Shown here: positions 50,876 through 59,803 of the stretch, one piece after another
Layout of the letters: the number at the start of each line of letters is the position of its first letter
Numbering within the stretch: position 1 is the stretch's first letter
IMG/VR virus record: IMGVR_UViG_3300029822_000005
Strand: one strand, 5' to 3'
DNA from: a virus
DNA length: 64,000 nt
The notes under the pieces: generated by a model
The model's input: the letters and a program-made list of their open reading frames with translations, nothing else
Told to the model about the DNA's origin: nothing
The model's database searches: none
Made by a program: the position numbers and the translations under genes

Positions 50876-51855
50876 AAGTTTTAAATCAAGCACAAGGGAA
50901 AGATTGGATTTTATATCAAGGGGATTGCATAGAAGTTTTGAAAGGAATACCAGAAAATTCAATACATTATTCAATTTTTAGTCCTCCTTTTGCGAGTTTA
51001 TACACATACTCAAACAGCGAAAGAGATATGGGAAATTGTATGAGTGATAAAGAATTTTATAAAAATATGGAGTTTTTAGCACCTGAATTATATAGGGCTA
51101 TAATGCCAGGAAGATTGGTTTCATTTCATTGCATGGATATTCCAGCCATGAAGGAAAGAGACGGATTCATAGGATTAAAAGATTTCCCAGGGGATTTACT
51201 TAGGATATTTGAAAGGGCAGGATTTATATATCATTCTAAAGTTATGATATGGAAAGACCCTTTAACCGAAGCCACAAGAACAAAGGCACTAGGATTGATG
51301 CATAAGCAAATTGTAAAAGATAGTGCAATGTGCCGCCAGGGATTACCAGACTATTTAATAACTATGAGAAAACCGGGTAATAATCAAGAACCAGTGGCAC
51401 ATCCAGAGGGATTTACAGATTATATTGGCACAGATGAAATTAATGCTCCTAAAATCGAAAGACCTAAACCGGATAAAAAAGCATATAAAAATCATGAATC
51501 ATATGTTGGTGGACCAGTATTCTCACATCAAGTATGGAGAAAATACGCATCTTCTGTATGGATGGATATAAACCAAAGCAATACATTAAATAAAGAGCCT
51601 GCAAGGGATTCAGCAGATGAAAGGCATATTTGCCCCCTACAATTAGATGTAATAGAAAGAGCATTAGAATTATGGACTAACCCAGGAGATATAGTTTTAT
51701 CGCCATTTGCAGGTATAGGCTCCGAAGGATATATGTCAGTGAAAAAAGGCAGAAAATCGATAGGTGTAGAACTCAAAGAAAGCTATTTTAAACAGGGAGT
51801 AAATAATATGAGGGAAGTAGAAAAAAGTAAATTACAAATAAGTTTATTTGATTAG
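50872..51855 (+). CDS. DNA amino-methyltransferase (N4-C/N6-A, beta class)
   Basis: Catalytic SPPF near N-terminus; SAM-binding VLSPFAGIGS near C-terminus. Confidence 0.9.
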   Translation: MKVLNQAQGKDWILYQGDCIEVLKGIPENSIHYSIFSPPFASLYTYSNSERDMGNCMSDKEFYKNMEFLAPELYRAIMPGRLVSFHCMDIPAMKERDGFIGLKDFPGDLLRIFERAGFIYHSKVMIWKDPLTEATRTKALGLMHKQIVKDSAMCRQGLPDYLITMRKPGNNQEPVAHPEGFTDYIGTDEINAPKIERPKPDKKAYKNHESYVGGPVFSHQVWRKYASSVWMDINQSNTLNKEPARDSADERHICPLQLDVIERALELWTNPGDIVLSPFAGIGSEGYMSVKKGRKSIGVELKESYFKQGVNNMREVEKSKLQISLFD

Positions 51856-51968
51856 GAGGATAGTATGAAGAAAGTATATCTAATGTCTAAACAAGAGAAA
51901 AAGGATATATGGTGGGGAGAGGTATTGGGTGCTGCTGTAGGGTTATTGATGGTTATTAGACTTTTGAT

Positions 51969-52304
51969 ATGAGAAAGGAAATGAAAATTATGGAAGTAAT
52001 AAATGGAACAATAGTTACCGGAGCCAGTGACGATTTAATTGAAGTGGAGGGAGAACTTCGGGAGGAATTTGATTCTTTTAGTTGTCAAAATGGTGTTATG
52101 GCTTTCAGTGATGGAACGTTGTTGAGAGTTAAATATGACGATGATGGTATTTGGAGATTTAAACCTTTATTTAAAGGCAGTTTATTTGAAAAAATAAAGG
52201 ATGGCTCAGTAAATGAAGATACAAATGATAAAGTTTATTTCAAAACAGGGCTTAAATGGTGTGCTTTCTCTGATACAATGCAAGTTGAAGTTAACCATAA
52301 TTAA
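51969..52304 (+). CDS. Conserved phage hypothetical protein
   Basis: GASDDLIEVEG..REEF motif. Confidence 0.55.
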   Translation: MRKEMKIMEVINGTIVTGASDDLIEVEGELREEFDSFSCQNGVMAFSDGTLLRVKYDDDGIWRFKPLFKGSLFEKIKDGSVNEDTNDKVYFKTGLKWCAFSDTMQVEVNHN

Positions 52305-52425
52305 TTTGTAATCAAATATTTAAGGAATCAAACTAAAAGCACGGAATGGTGCTAACATGAGTGTATTAGTAAAATAATAATGTAGTACAGTATAAAAGCT
52401 GTACTACATACAAAGGAATGATTGA

Positions 52426-52821
52426 ATGGAATATAAACACTGTGAAAATTGTGGCTCTACTAAACAGTTGGAAAAGCACCACCGAATTTTCAAAAGTAGG
52501 TGTAAGCCATTAGCACACTGTAAATATAATATGGTTTACTTATGTTCAGATTGCCATAGGAATAAACCTTATGCAGTTCATAACAAACATGGGCATGAGC
52601 TAGATATGAAATTGAAGTTACAGTTTCAAAATTGGTTAGAGGAAACATTTTATCAGGAAAGATACACATTAGATGAAATAAGAAAGAAATTAGATATATC
52701 TCAAAATGCAGCAAGAAGCTTGTCTAAACTTATAGACATAGACAAAGGGGCTTATACCAGAGGAAACATTATAAGAGCAGCAATGGGCGGAAAAATAATT
52801 GAATTGGAGGAGATTAAATGA
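52426..52821 (+). CDS. HNH endonuclease family protein
   Basis: CENCG...LEKHH...N..YLCSDCH. Confidence 0.8.
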   Translation: MEYKHCENCGSTKQLEKHHRIFKSRCKPLAHCKYNMVYLCSDCHRNKPYAVHNKHGHELDMKLKLQFQNWLEETFYQERYTLDEIRKKLDISQNAARSLSKLIDIDKGAYTRGNIIRAAMGGKIIELEEIK

Positions 52822-53258
52822 AAACATATAGAACCATTGATTTACTTAAGAAAGCTTATGACGGAGAAATATTTAAGAATAGGTTCAAGAATGTAAAGAC
52901 AGGGAAAGAAATAGAACAAGGGAAAATATCATCAACCAATTTCTTTTATATTGATACACACGAAAATATTTTTAATATTGAATCTAACTTTATAACTATA
53001 GATATTAATAAAATCTTACAGCAGGAATGGGAAGAAGTGCAAGAGCCAGTGGATTTTATGGAAGCTGTAAAGGCATTGGATATAGGCAATACAATATATT
53101 GCCAAGTTATTAATAGTTTCCATGATAAAGGTGATGTGCTTGTTACTAATGTTTATAGACCTAACGCCATGAATGAATTACGAAATGAGCAAGGTGAAGC
53201 ACCAACATTATGGATGATAGTACACGCCAATTGGTATATAGGGGAGGATGAAGAATAA
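52818..53258 (+). CDS. Hypothetical protein
   Basis: ORF coupled to HNH gene. Confidence 0.5.
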   Translation: MKTYRTIDLLKKAYDGEIFKNRFKNVKTGKEIEQGKISSTNFFYIDTHENIFNIESNFITIDINKILQQEWEEVQEPVDFMEAVKALDIGNTIYCQVINSFHDKGDVLVTNVYRPNAMNELRNEQGEAPTLWMIVHANWYIGEDEE

Positions 53259-53423
53259 ATGAGAGATAAGGTATCTGAATGTATAGATTTAATCACAGAA
53301 GAAATAGAGAGTCAACAAATCAAAAAAGATGATTTTGATGTTACAGGCTTGATAAAACAAGGCAGAATACAAGGTTTAGAATTGGCAAGGATGATTTTAT
53401 CTAATTATTGGGAGGGAAATTAG

Positions 53424-53840
53424 ATGATAGAGTTTAAGGTTCCTGGATTACCAATGGGAAAACAACGCCCGATTGTAACTAGAAAAGGAGCCTTTACTCC
53501 TAAGAAAACTGTAAATTATGAGAACTATATTAAAGAACTATATATAATAAATAAACTGCCAAAGTTAGAAGGGTATTTAAGTATGTCTGTAATGGCATAC
53601 TACCCCATACCAAAGAGTACAAGCAAGAAGAAAAGAGAACAGATGCTAAAAGGCATATTATTACCAGATAAGAAGCCAGATATTGATAATGTCTTAAAGT
53701 GTATATGTGATGCATTAAATAAAATAGCTTATGATGATGATAAACAAATAATAAATATGTCTATATCAAAGTATTATAGTGAAAATCCATGTACCATAAT
53801 AAGGCTAGATAAAGTTTGCGGAGAAGACTTAAGCTATTAG
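53424..53840 (+). CDS. rusA: RusA-like Holliday junction resolvase
   Basis: PMGKQRP, KPDIDNVLKCICDALNKIAYDDDKQI. Confidence 0.9.
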   Translation: MIEFKVPGLPMGKQRPIVTRKGAFTPKKTVNYENYIKELYIINKLPKLEGYLSMSVMAYYPIPKSTSKKKREQMLKGILLPDKKPDIDNVLKCICDALNKIAYDDDKQIINMSISKYYSENPCTIIRLDKVCGEDLSY

Positions 53841-53894
53841 GGGAAGTGTAACTATGAGTAGACCATTAGTACAAGAAGAAAGGAAGATAATTAA

Positions 53895-54470
53895 ATGGAG
53901 ATAGATGTAATTAGAAGAGAAATGACTAGAGCGGATTTTTTAATCAAATATGGGGGAGGAAGAGCGTGCCCTAGTTATTTTTCGCTTAATGATAAATGTG
54001 CATTAAATGAATGTAAAACACCTAATGAGTGCCATAGATGTCTTAAAGAAGCTGTACAGAATATAGAATTTAAAGGTGAGTATATAAAAAATAGTACGAG
54101 ATCTAAAACGATAAAAGAAATCAATCAGGAACCTAAAAAGTATGCAGGATGGGAAATGGCTAAAATGATGGCAGAAAAACAGCTAAAGGATGGAACAAAG
54201 ATTGTATGGCATAACAACTCAACCGATAAACAAACTGTTTTTATTATGTATAATCATTTCTTAACTTATGAAGAATCGAAAGATGCGATAGAAATATTTT
54301 ATTTAACGCATGATATAAATATAGGATATTTTACTATAGAAGAATACATGACTTTTAATGAAGCAAAAAAACTAGGAACTCCACGCCACAAAGATAAAGG
54401 ATATTCATATCAAGACTATAAAGTTTCAGAGTTTATAAATGAAATGGATAAAAAGGTGTGGTATGTATGA
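53895..54470 (+). CDS. Hypothetical protein with Cys cluster
   Basis: ACPSYF...CALNEC...CHRC. Confidence 0.5.
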   Translation: MEIDVIRREMTRADFLIKYGGGRACPSYFSLNDKCALNECKTPNECHRCLKEAVQNIEFKGEYIKNSTRSKTIKEINQEPKKYAGWEMAKMMAEKQLKDGTKIVWHNNSTDKQTVFIMYNHFLTYEESKDAIEIFYLTHDINIGYFTIEEYMTFNEAKKLGTPRHKDKGYSYQDYKVSEFINEMDKKVWYV

Positions 54471-54763
54471 TTGATATAGAGTTTTGGTTAGATGAAGTAG
54501 AAAGATTGTATAGAGAGGGCTGGAGCTTAAAGGATGCTATATTATTTATACATGTAGTGAAATTGAATTATGAGCTAGATAAATAACATACTTAAATATA
54601 AAAAATGGAGTAGATAAATAAGTCTGCTCCATTAAATTATTATCAACTAAATATTTTTTAATTTAGGAAAACATTGATTAATATAAAAAATGTTGGACAT
54701 AATAACAAATATAACGCACGTGAAATAAATGTCAGATATAGGACAAACAGCCAGAGGATATAG

Positions 54764-55621
54764 ATGGGAGGGTTAAAAGGAATGAGAGCAACAAAAATCA
54801 ACAGTACTAAGGTAAAAATATTTGAAAGGAAGGATTTAATTGAAAAGCTAAACTTTACAGAAGATGAAGCTAAAATAATAATGAAATACCAAAGGACTTT
54901 TCCAGAGTTACTGCAAGATATTAAAGGATTTGTTATTGATGGAGAAACTTTGTGTAATTCATTAGGAGTAAAAGATCATTTCACCAAATGGTTACTTGGA
55001 AACAGAATAGATAATGAAGGAAATGTTAAATCACAAGGTAAACTTATTAAATACCGTATGATTGAAAATATAGATTATCACTTGGGGGAATCCCCAACTG
55101 TTGCAAAAGGTACTCCTAAAAAGATTATTACCTTGACATTACAATGTGCTAAGAAAATTGCAATGCGTCAAAATAATAAAATGGGAGATTTAGTATGTGA
55201 TTATTTCATCCTCATGGAGAGAGCTTTAAGAGATTACGAACATTGGACAATGATAAGAAATCCAGAAAAAGAAAGCTATAGAAAACTCTGTGATGTATTA
55301 AATGAAAATTATAAATTAACTCACGAAGGTAAAGAAGCTAATAATTATATATATTCAAATGAAGCTGACATGATAAACAGAGCTTTGTTAGGAGAATCGG
55401 CTAAGAATATAAACAAGCTTTTAGAAAATGAAGATAAGGTTACTAGAGAACATTTTAACATAGAGATAAACAGAACTTTAAATGAACTACAGACTATGGA
55501 TATGGCTTTAGTTATGGCTGGGCTTAGCTTTGAAGCTAGACAGAAAACCATAAATAATATATGTAATACTAAATATGCAGGAATATCTCTTAAAATTAAA
55601 GAATTAAAGGAAGCTTTATAG
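54764..55621 (+). CDS. AntA/AntB-like antirepressor
   Basis: LCNSLGVKDHFTKWL...MIENIDY...ITLTLQCAKKIAM...VCDYFILME. Confidence 0.7.
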   Translation: MGGLKGMRATKINSTKVKIFERKDLIEKLNFTEDEAKIIMKYQRTFPELLQDIKGFVIDGETLCNSLGVKDHFTKWLLGNRIDNEGNVKSQGKLIKYRMIENIDYHLGESPTVAKGTPKKIITLTLQCAKKIAMRQNNKMGDLVCDYFILMERALRDYEHWTMIRNPEKESYRKLCDVLNENYKLTHEGKEANNYIYSNEADMINRALLGESAKNINKLLENEDKVTREHFNIEINRTLNELQTMDMALVMAGLSFEARQKTINNICNTKYAGISLKIKELKEAL

Positions 55622-55736
55622 TTAAAATATGTAGCAGAACAGTTTGGAAAAAAGAATAGAACAGCATTATTATACATAGAAGAAGATTTGAGAGCATTGA
55701 CTCTCTTTTTTTATTGAAAAAACTTTCTAAAATCTA

Positions 55737-55765
55737 TTGACAATACATCCACGTGGATGTATAAT
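55737..55765 (+). promoter_or_regulatory. Sigma-A promoter with perfect 20-bp palindromic operator (cassette A)
   Basis: TTGACA 55737-42, ATACATCCACGTGGATGTAT 55743-62, TATAAT 55760-65. Confidence 0.85.
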
Positions 55766-55794
55766 ATAGTTGTAGGCAAGAAAGGAGATATGAA

Positions 55795-56412
55795 ATGTTT
55801 AATAAAAATTTAGCACAGGATGCTCATAGAATAGCTAGAGAGATAAAGAAGCAATTTCCAGAGATAGACTATAATTTTCAATTCGGTATTAACATTAAAT
55901 ATCTCCTTTCTAAAGTTAAGGAGGTTGAAGAAACTATGGCAGAGATTAGTCTTAGCAAGGTAGATGCTGTTATAGAGATTATAAAGAGAGGAATTAAAGA
56001 GATAAGCGATCCATCAAAGCCAGAGATACAGGAACGCAGACTTAAAATGTTAGAAGATAACATTCGTCTGTTTAAGGAAGAAGAATTTAACAGATGTATA
56101 ACTCTTAGAGATGGATTCGAAAAAGCAATGGAAATTGCTTATTTCGCAGCAGAAGATGAAATTGCACCTAAGAAATTTCACAGTATGCTATGCCTTGTAG
56201 ATAACGCTTTAAGCGCAAAAGCAATGGAAAGTACCCTTATAGAGGATAAGAAAAATTTAGTTAAAATAGAAATGCCTTTATGGTTGGCAAGTAAGAAAGA
56301 AGTAGAAAGTACTCTTATAACTAAAATAGAAAAGGAAACAGAAAAAGCAGTATGCGTAGAAAACGGTATTTGGCTTCCTAAGAGCCAGATTGAAATAGTA
56401 AAAGATTTTTAA
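55795..56412 (+). CDS. Cassette A cargo: shared 47-aa leader plus unknown protein (second in-frame start 55936)
   Basis: Leader homologous to 59804 ORF; internal AAGGAGG SD; C-terminal EKETEKAV...WLPKSQI motif. Confidence 0.7.
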   Translation: MFNKNLAQDAHRIAREIKKQFPEIDYNFQFGINIKYLLSKVKEVEETMAEISLSKVDAVIEIIKRGIKEISDPSKPEIQERRLKMLEDNIRLFKEEEFNRCITLRDGFEKAMEIAYFAAEDEIAPKKFHSMLCLVDNALSAKAMESTLIEDKKNLVKIEMPLWLASKKEVESTLITKIEKETEKAVCVENGIWLPKSQIEIVKDF

Positions 56413-56436
56413 AATAGAAAATAGGAGGTATATAAT

Positions 56437-57096
56437 ATGTGGTTAGAAGATTTCAAAACCTTGCGAGAAGTGGCAGAGGAAACAGGTATTCATATTAAAA
56501 CACTACAGCAGAGATTGGATTTACCTGGATTTAATCTTACAGAAGGAAAAGACTTTAAACGTTTAGGAGATAGACAGCCTACATTTTTATCCCCTGTAGG
56601 GATAAGGAAAATAACGCAAGGGATTGCAGGCAAGCGCAAAAATGTAAATAGGAACTATTTAGAAACAAAGGATAACTTCGTATTATCTTGGGAAGAAGAA
56701 ATTTTGGGAGATGTACAAAAATATAAAGTTAAAGGAGAAATAGAAAAAGTGGAGGTAAACCATTATTACTTCCACAAAAAATTTGAGGGGTATGTAGACT
56801 TAAGCCTAGACCGCGGGCGTATAGCATTTGTTTTCGTGGAAGGTTTAGACAATATGAGGGATATCTTACAAAATTATTGGTTTCAAACGGATAAACCAAT
56901 ACGGAAATTCTTCGAACTTGTGACAAAACATAAGGTTGGGTTTCTGCCTTGGAGTTTTAAAGAATATATGAAAAAAACTTATTTGGTAGAAGATTGGGAC
57001 TGTTTACTTAAAGAAAATTATTACAGGCAATGGAAAGAGACACATAGTGCAAAGGAAAATAGACGTATGGCTAGACTGCTTTTTATAAAAGAATAG
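56437..57096 (+). CDS. HTH DNA-binding protein (N-terminal HTH plus unknown domain)
   Basis: TLREVAEETGIHIKTLQQRLDLPGFNLTEGKDF...RQPTFL; homologous to C-terminus of 60260 ORF. Confidence 0.75.
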   Translation: MWLEDFKTLREVAEETGIHIKTLQQRLDLPGFNLTEGKDFKRLGDRQPTFLSPVGIRKITQGIAGKRKNVNRNYLETKDNFVLSWEEEILGDVQKYKVKGEIEKVEVNHYYFHKKFEGYVDLSLDRGRIAFVFVEGLDNMRDILQNYWFQTDKPIRKFFELVTKHKVGFLPWSFKEYMKKTYLVEDWDCLLKENYYRQWKETHSAKENRRMARLLFIKE

Positions 57097-57161
57097 ATTT
57101 AATGTACTAAAGAAGGAGTGGAAATGTAAATCAATATTTCTACTCTTTTCAATTAAATATA

Positions 57162-57190
57162 TTGAAATTCGTGACGAATTATTATATTAT
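57162..57190 (+). promoter_or_regulatory. Sigma-A-like promoter with palindromic operator AATTCGTGACGAATT
   Basis: TTGAAA 57162-67, 17-nt spacer, TATTAT 57185-90; operator 57166-80. Confidence 0.65.
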
Positions 57191-57219
57191 AGAGATATAA
57201 AATAATAAGGAGCTAAGAT

Positions 57220-57402
57220 ATGGAAACTAAGAATCTAAAAGTGAGTTTTTGCAAAAGTGGTGGAACAGCAGGAAGTGGAGGAATGTCTACAAGAGTTATA
57301 TTACCTATTACATGGTTTAGAAAGATGGGAATAACTCCAGATGATAGGGAATTAAAGGCCACTTTTGATGGAGAAAAGATAATATTAGAGAAAGAGAAGT
57401 AA
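57220..57402 (+). CDS. AbrB/MazE/SpoVT-like DNA-binding protein
   Basis: KSGGTAGSGGMSTRVILPITWFRKMGITPDDRELKATFDGEKIILEK. Confidence 0.75.
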   Translation: METKNLKVSFCKSGGTAGSGGMSTRVILPITWFRKMGITPDDRELKATFDGEKIILEKEK

Positions 57403-57439
57403 GGGGCGAAAAAGTCTCTTATTTTTTTATTTAAAATGC

Positions 57440-57468
57440 TTGACTATTCGTCACGAATGATTTATAAT
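57440..57468 (+). promoter_or_regulatory. Sigma-A promoter with the same operator in reverse orientation
   Basis: TTGACT 57440-45, ATTCGTCACGAAT 57446-58, TATAAT 57463-68. Confidence 0.8.
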
Positions 57469-57501
57469 ATAATTGTAAGATAAAGAAAGGGGATATGAAA
57501 A

Positions 57502-57726
57502 ATGAAATTACAATTTATAAAAAATGTATTAGATGTTAAGGTTGATGGATTAAAAGGTGTAAATCACTATACTATAAAAGCAATGTATGACAAGATAGGC
57601 GATGACGGATTTGCTGCAACAACAAATAAATTAGTTGATGAGTTTGACATGACGTGGAAGGAAATCGAAGAAGAGGGCGGAATAGCAGCAATAAACAAAG
57701 ATTTAAAGGAATGTTACGGAGTATAG
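57502..57726 (+). CDS. Small acidic hypothetical protein
   Basis: 74 aa; shared GAAAGGGGATATGAA leader. Confidence 0.65.
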   Translation: MKLQFIKNVLDVKVDGLKGVNHYTIKAMYDKIGDDGFAATTNKLVDEFDMTWKEIEEEGGIAAINKDLKECYGV

Positions 57727-57799
57727 GAGAAATATTTCTCCTTATTCTCTGCAAGATAGTGATGACAACGATATAAAAAATAGGAAGGGGATATGAAAG

Positions 57800-57985
57800 G
57801 TGGATTTAAATGATTTAAGCAAAGAACAACTTATTGAACTGGTTAGAGAGCTTTCAGAAGAGAAAGGAATACCAGAAGAAAAATTATTGCAACTAGAAGA
57901 AGACAACTTGCGAAGTGAAGCGTGGATGGAATCACATGGTAGAATTGATTATGGTTATGGAATAGGAGCCTATGGCCCGTTATAA
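57800..57985 (+). CDS. Small acidic hypothetical protein
   Basis: 61 aa, Glu/Asp-rich; shared GAAGGGGATATGAA leader. Confidence 0.6.
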   Translation: MDLNDLSKEQLIELVRELSEEKGIPEEKLLQLEEDNLRSEAWMESHGRIDYGYGIGAYGPL

Positions 57986-58084
57986 GTTTAAAAGCCTTTT
58001 ATTAGCTCACAACTAATAAAAGGCCACCTACAAAGAGTAGGAAATGTATATTTTTATTATATCGTAATTAAGGGAGGATTTAAA

Positions 58085-58456
58085 GTGAATATGTCAATTT
58101 TAACAGCTTATTATTATATAGCAGCAGATATTTTAAAAGAATATTTACCGTCTATACCAGAATTTAAATTAAGCAATGCAAAAGGGTATTATGGTCAAAT
58201 AGAGTATAAAGGCAATGACGAGTTTTTAATAAGGTTGAGCAAATGGAATTTAGATTGTGGCCCTATTCATTGGTGGGATGAAGAAGATATTCACGAACTA
58301 GTAGAAACTATATGCCATGAATTTGCTCATATAATTTATTGGGAGCATGGCAAAGAACACACAGAATTAACGGAAGTTTTTACAAGATTTGTTGAGAATA
58401 AGTTGAGAATACGTGAATTAGATGAAAAATTAAACAGGTTGGATGAAGCTGTATAA
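58085..58456 (+). CDS. HEXXH zinc metallopeptidase-like protein (SprT-like)
   Basis: ETICHEFAHIIYWEHGKEH. Confidence 0.7.
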   Translation: MNMSILTAYYYIAADILKEYLPSIPEFKLSNAKGYYGQIEYKGNDEFLIRLSKWNLDCGPIHWWDEEDIHELVETICHEFAHIIYWEHGKEHTELTEVFTRFVENKLRIRELDEKLNRLDEAV

Positions 58457-58471
58457 GCTCAAAAGGAGGAT

Positions 58472-58909
58472 TTGAAGATGAAAAAGAAGATAATGGGAAC
58501 AGTTTTAATAGTAGCTGTGGTACTTATATTTTTTAGTAACTTTCATATAGGAGTATTCAGGTATAAGAATGTGCTTACAGACACAAACAAAAAGAAGTAT
58601 AATATATATGAGGATAAAAGCGGATTTAAGGTGCTGGAACCCGTACAAGATAAACATAGCTTTGTGGTTAGGGTTATACCTATAAATGATTATAAGAATA
58701 ATTAGGGGAGGGGATTGAGCATGATAAATTTTCAAATAACTTATTGCAGAGGGAATTATGTATATAGTATACCTTTTGAAGCCAAAAACATAAAGGAAGC
58801 AAAGGACGTTTTTAATAATTGGAAAACAGGGAAAAGATTTATAAACGGTTTTCATCTATCCTTAATGGATAACTGTATTTTCCCTAATTTAATAAAGGTA
58901 ATTGAATGA
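58472..58909 (+). other. Two small hypothetical ORFs (58472..58705 membrane-anchored; 58715..58909)
   Basis: ORF track and SDs. Confidence 0.5.
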
Positions 58910-58974
58910 TTAAAGAGTATCTAAAAAAGGTACTCTTATTTTTGGAGTATTTATGAAAAAGTTTTAAAAACATA

Positions 58975-59003
58975 TTGACACGTGTTAAAACACTTGTTAT
59001 AAT
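58975..59003 (+). promoter_or_regulatory. Sigma-A promoter of hicAB with imperfect palindrome
   Basis: TTGACA 58975-80, ACACGTGTTAAAACACTTGT 58978-97, TATAAT 58998-59003. Confidence 0.8.
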
Positions 59004-59022
59004 ATAATTGTAAGGGGGAAGG

Positions 59023-59208
59023 ATGATGACACCAAAAGAATTAATTAAAATTTTGAAAAAAGATGGATGGATACTTAAAAATCAAGAAGGTTCACATAGA
59101 CATTTTGTTCATCCAGCTAAAAAGGGAAAAATCCAAGTACCTTACCACAATAAAGATTTAAGACCTGGAACACTTAATAAAATACTTAAAGATGCAGGGT
59201 TGAAATAA
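59023..59208 (+). CDS. hicA: HicA toxin (mRNA interferase)
   Basis: LIKILKKDGW..KNQEGSHRHFVHP...VPYHNKDLRPGTLNKILKDAGL. Confidence 0.93.
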   Translation: MMTPKELIKILKKDGWILKNQEGSHRHFVHPAKKGKIQVPYHNKDLRPGTLNKILKDAGLK

Positions 59209-59263
59209 ATGCCCTGCCCCATCTTAAGATTATATAGAATACTATTTATAAGGAGGAAAATCT

Positions 59264-59659
59264 ATGGATAAATATATGTATCCTGCATTATTTGAAGCTT
59301 ATGAGGATGGTGGGTATACTGTTTCATTCCCAGATTTAAAAGGTTGCGTAACAGAAGGGGATAATCTGGAAGAAGCTTTAAAAATGGCAAAAGAAGCATT
59401 AGAATTATTTTTGTGGAATATGGAAGATGATAACGAAGAAATTCCAGAGCCAACACCACCAGAGAAACTGGAAACCCAAAAGGGGAGTTTCATAGTCCCA
59501 ATAGAAGCGGATATGTTGTTAATACGTGCTAAAATGAATAACAAGACAGTTAACACCACAGTAACCATGCCACAGTGGCTAAAATATCAAGCGGAAAAGA
59601 ATAAAATCAATTTTTCACAGGTTTTACAGGAGGCATTGAAAGAAAAAATGAATATTTAA
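59264..59659 (+). CDS. hicB: HicB antitoxin
   Basis: YPALF...YTVSFPDLKGCVTEGDNLEEALKMAKEAL...TVTMPQWL...INFSQVLQEAL. Confidence 0.93.
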   Translation: MDKYMYPALFEAYEDGGYTVSFPDLKGCVTEGDNLEEALKMAKEALELFLWNMEDDNEEIPEPTPPEKLETQKGSFIVPIEADMLLIRAKMNNKTVNTTVTMPQWLKYQAEKNKINFSQVLQEALKEKMNI

Positions 59660-59742
59660 AAATTAGAAATAAGATATGTGATGATGTATAGCTTAAGAGA
59701 GTGTAAAGCTCTCTTTTTTATGAAAAATTTTCTAAAAAGGTA

Positions 59743-59771
59743 TTGACAATATGCCTACGTAGGCATATAAT
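59743..59771 (+). promoter_or_regulatory. Sigma-A promoter with perfect 20-bp palindromic operator (cassette B)
   Basis: TTGACA 59743-48, ATATGCCTACGTAGGCATAT 59749-68, TATAAT 59766-71. Confidence 0.85.
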
Positions 59772-59803
59772 ATAACTGAAGATAAGGAAAGGGGATATGA
59801 AGA

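Noticed and set aside
52818-53258. Possible Tad2/DUF2829 similarity from VDFMEAVKAL..G
   Set aside because: Only a short generic motif; the rest of the family signature is not recognisable.
54739-54748. SpoIIID consensus-like site TAGGACAAAC
   Set aside because: The consensus is highly degenerate and expected often in AT-rich DNA.
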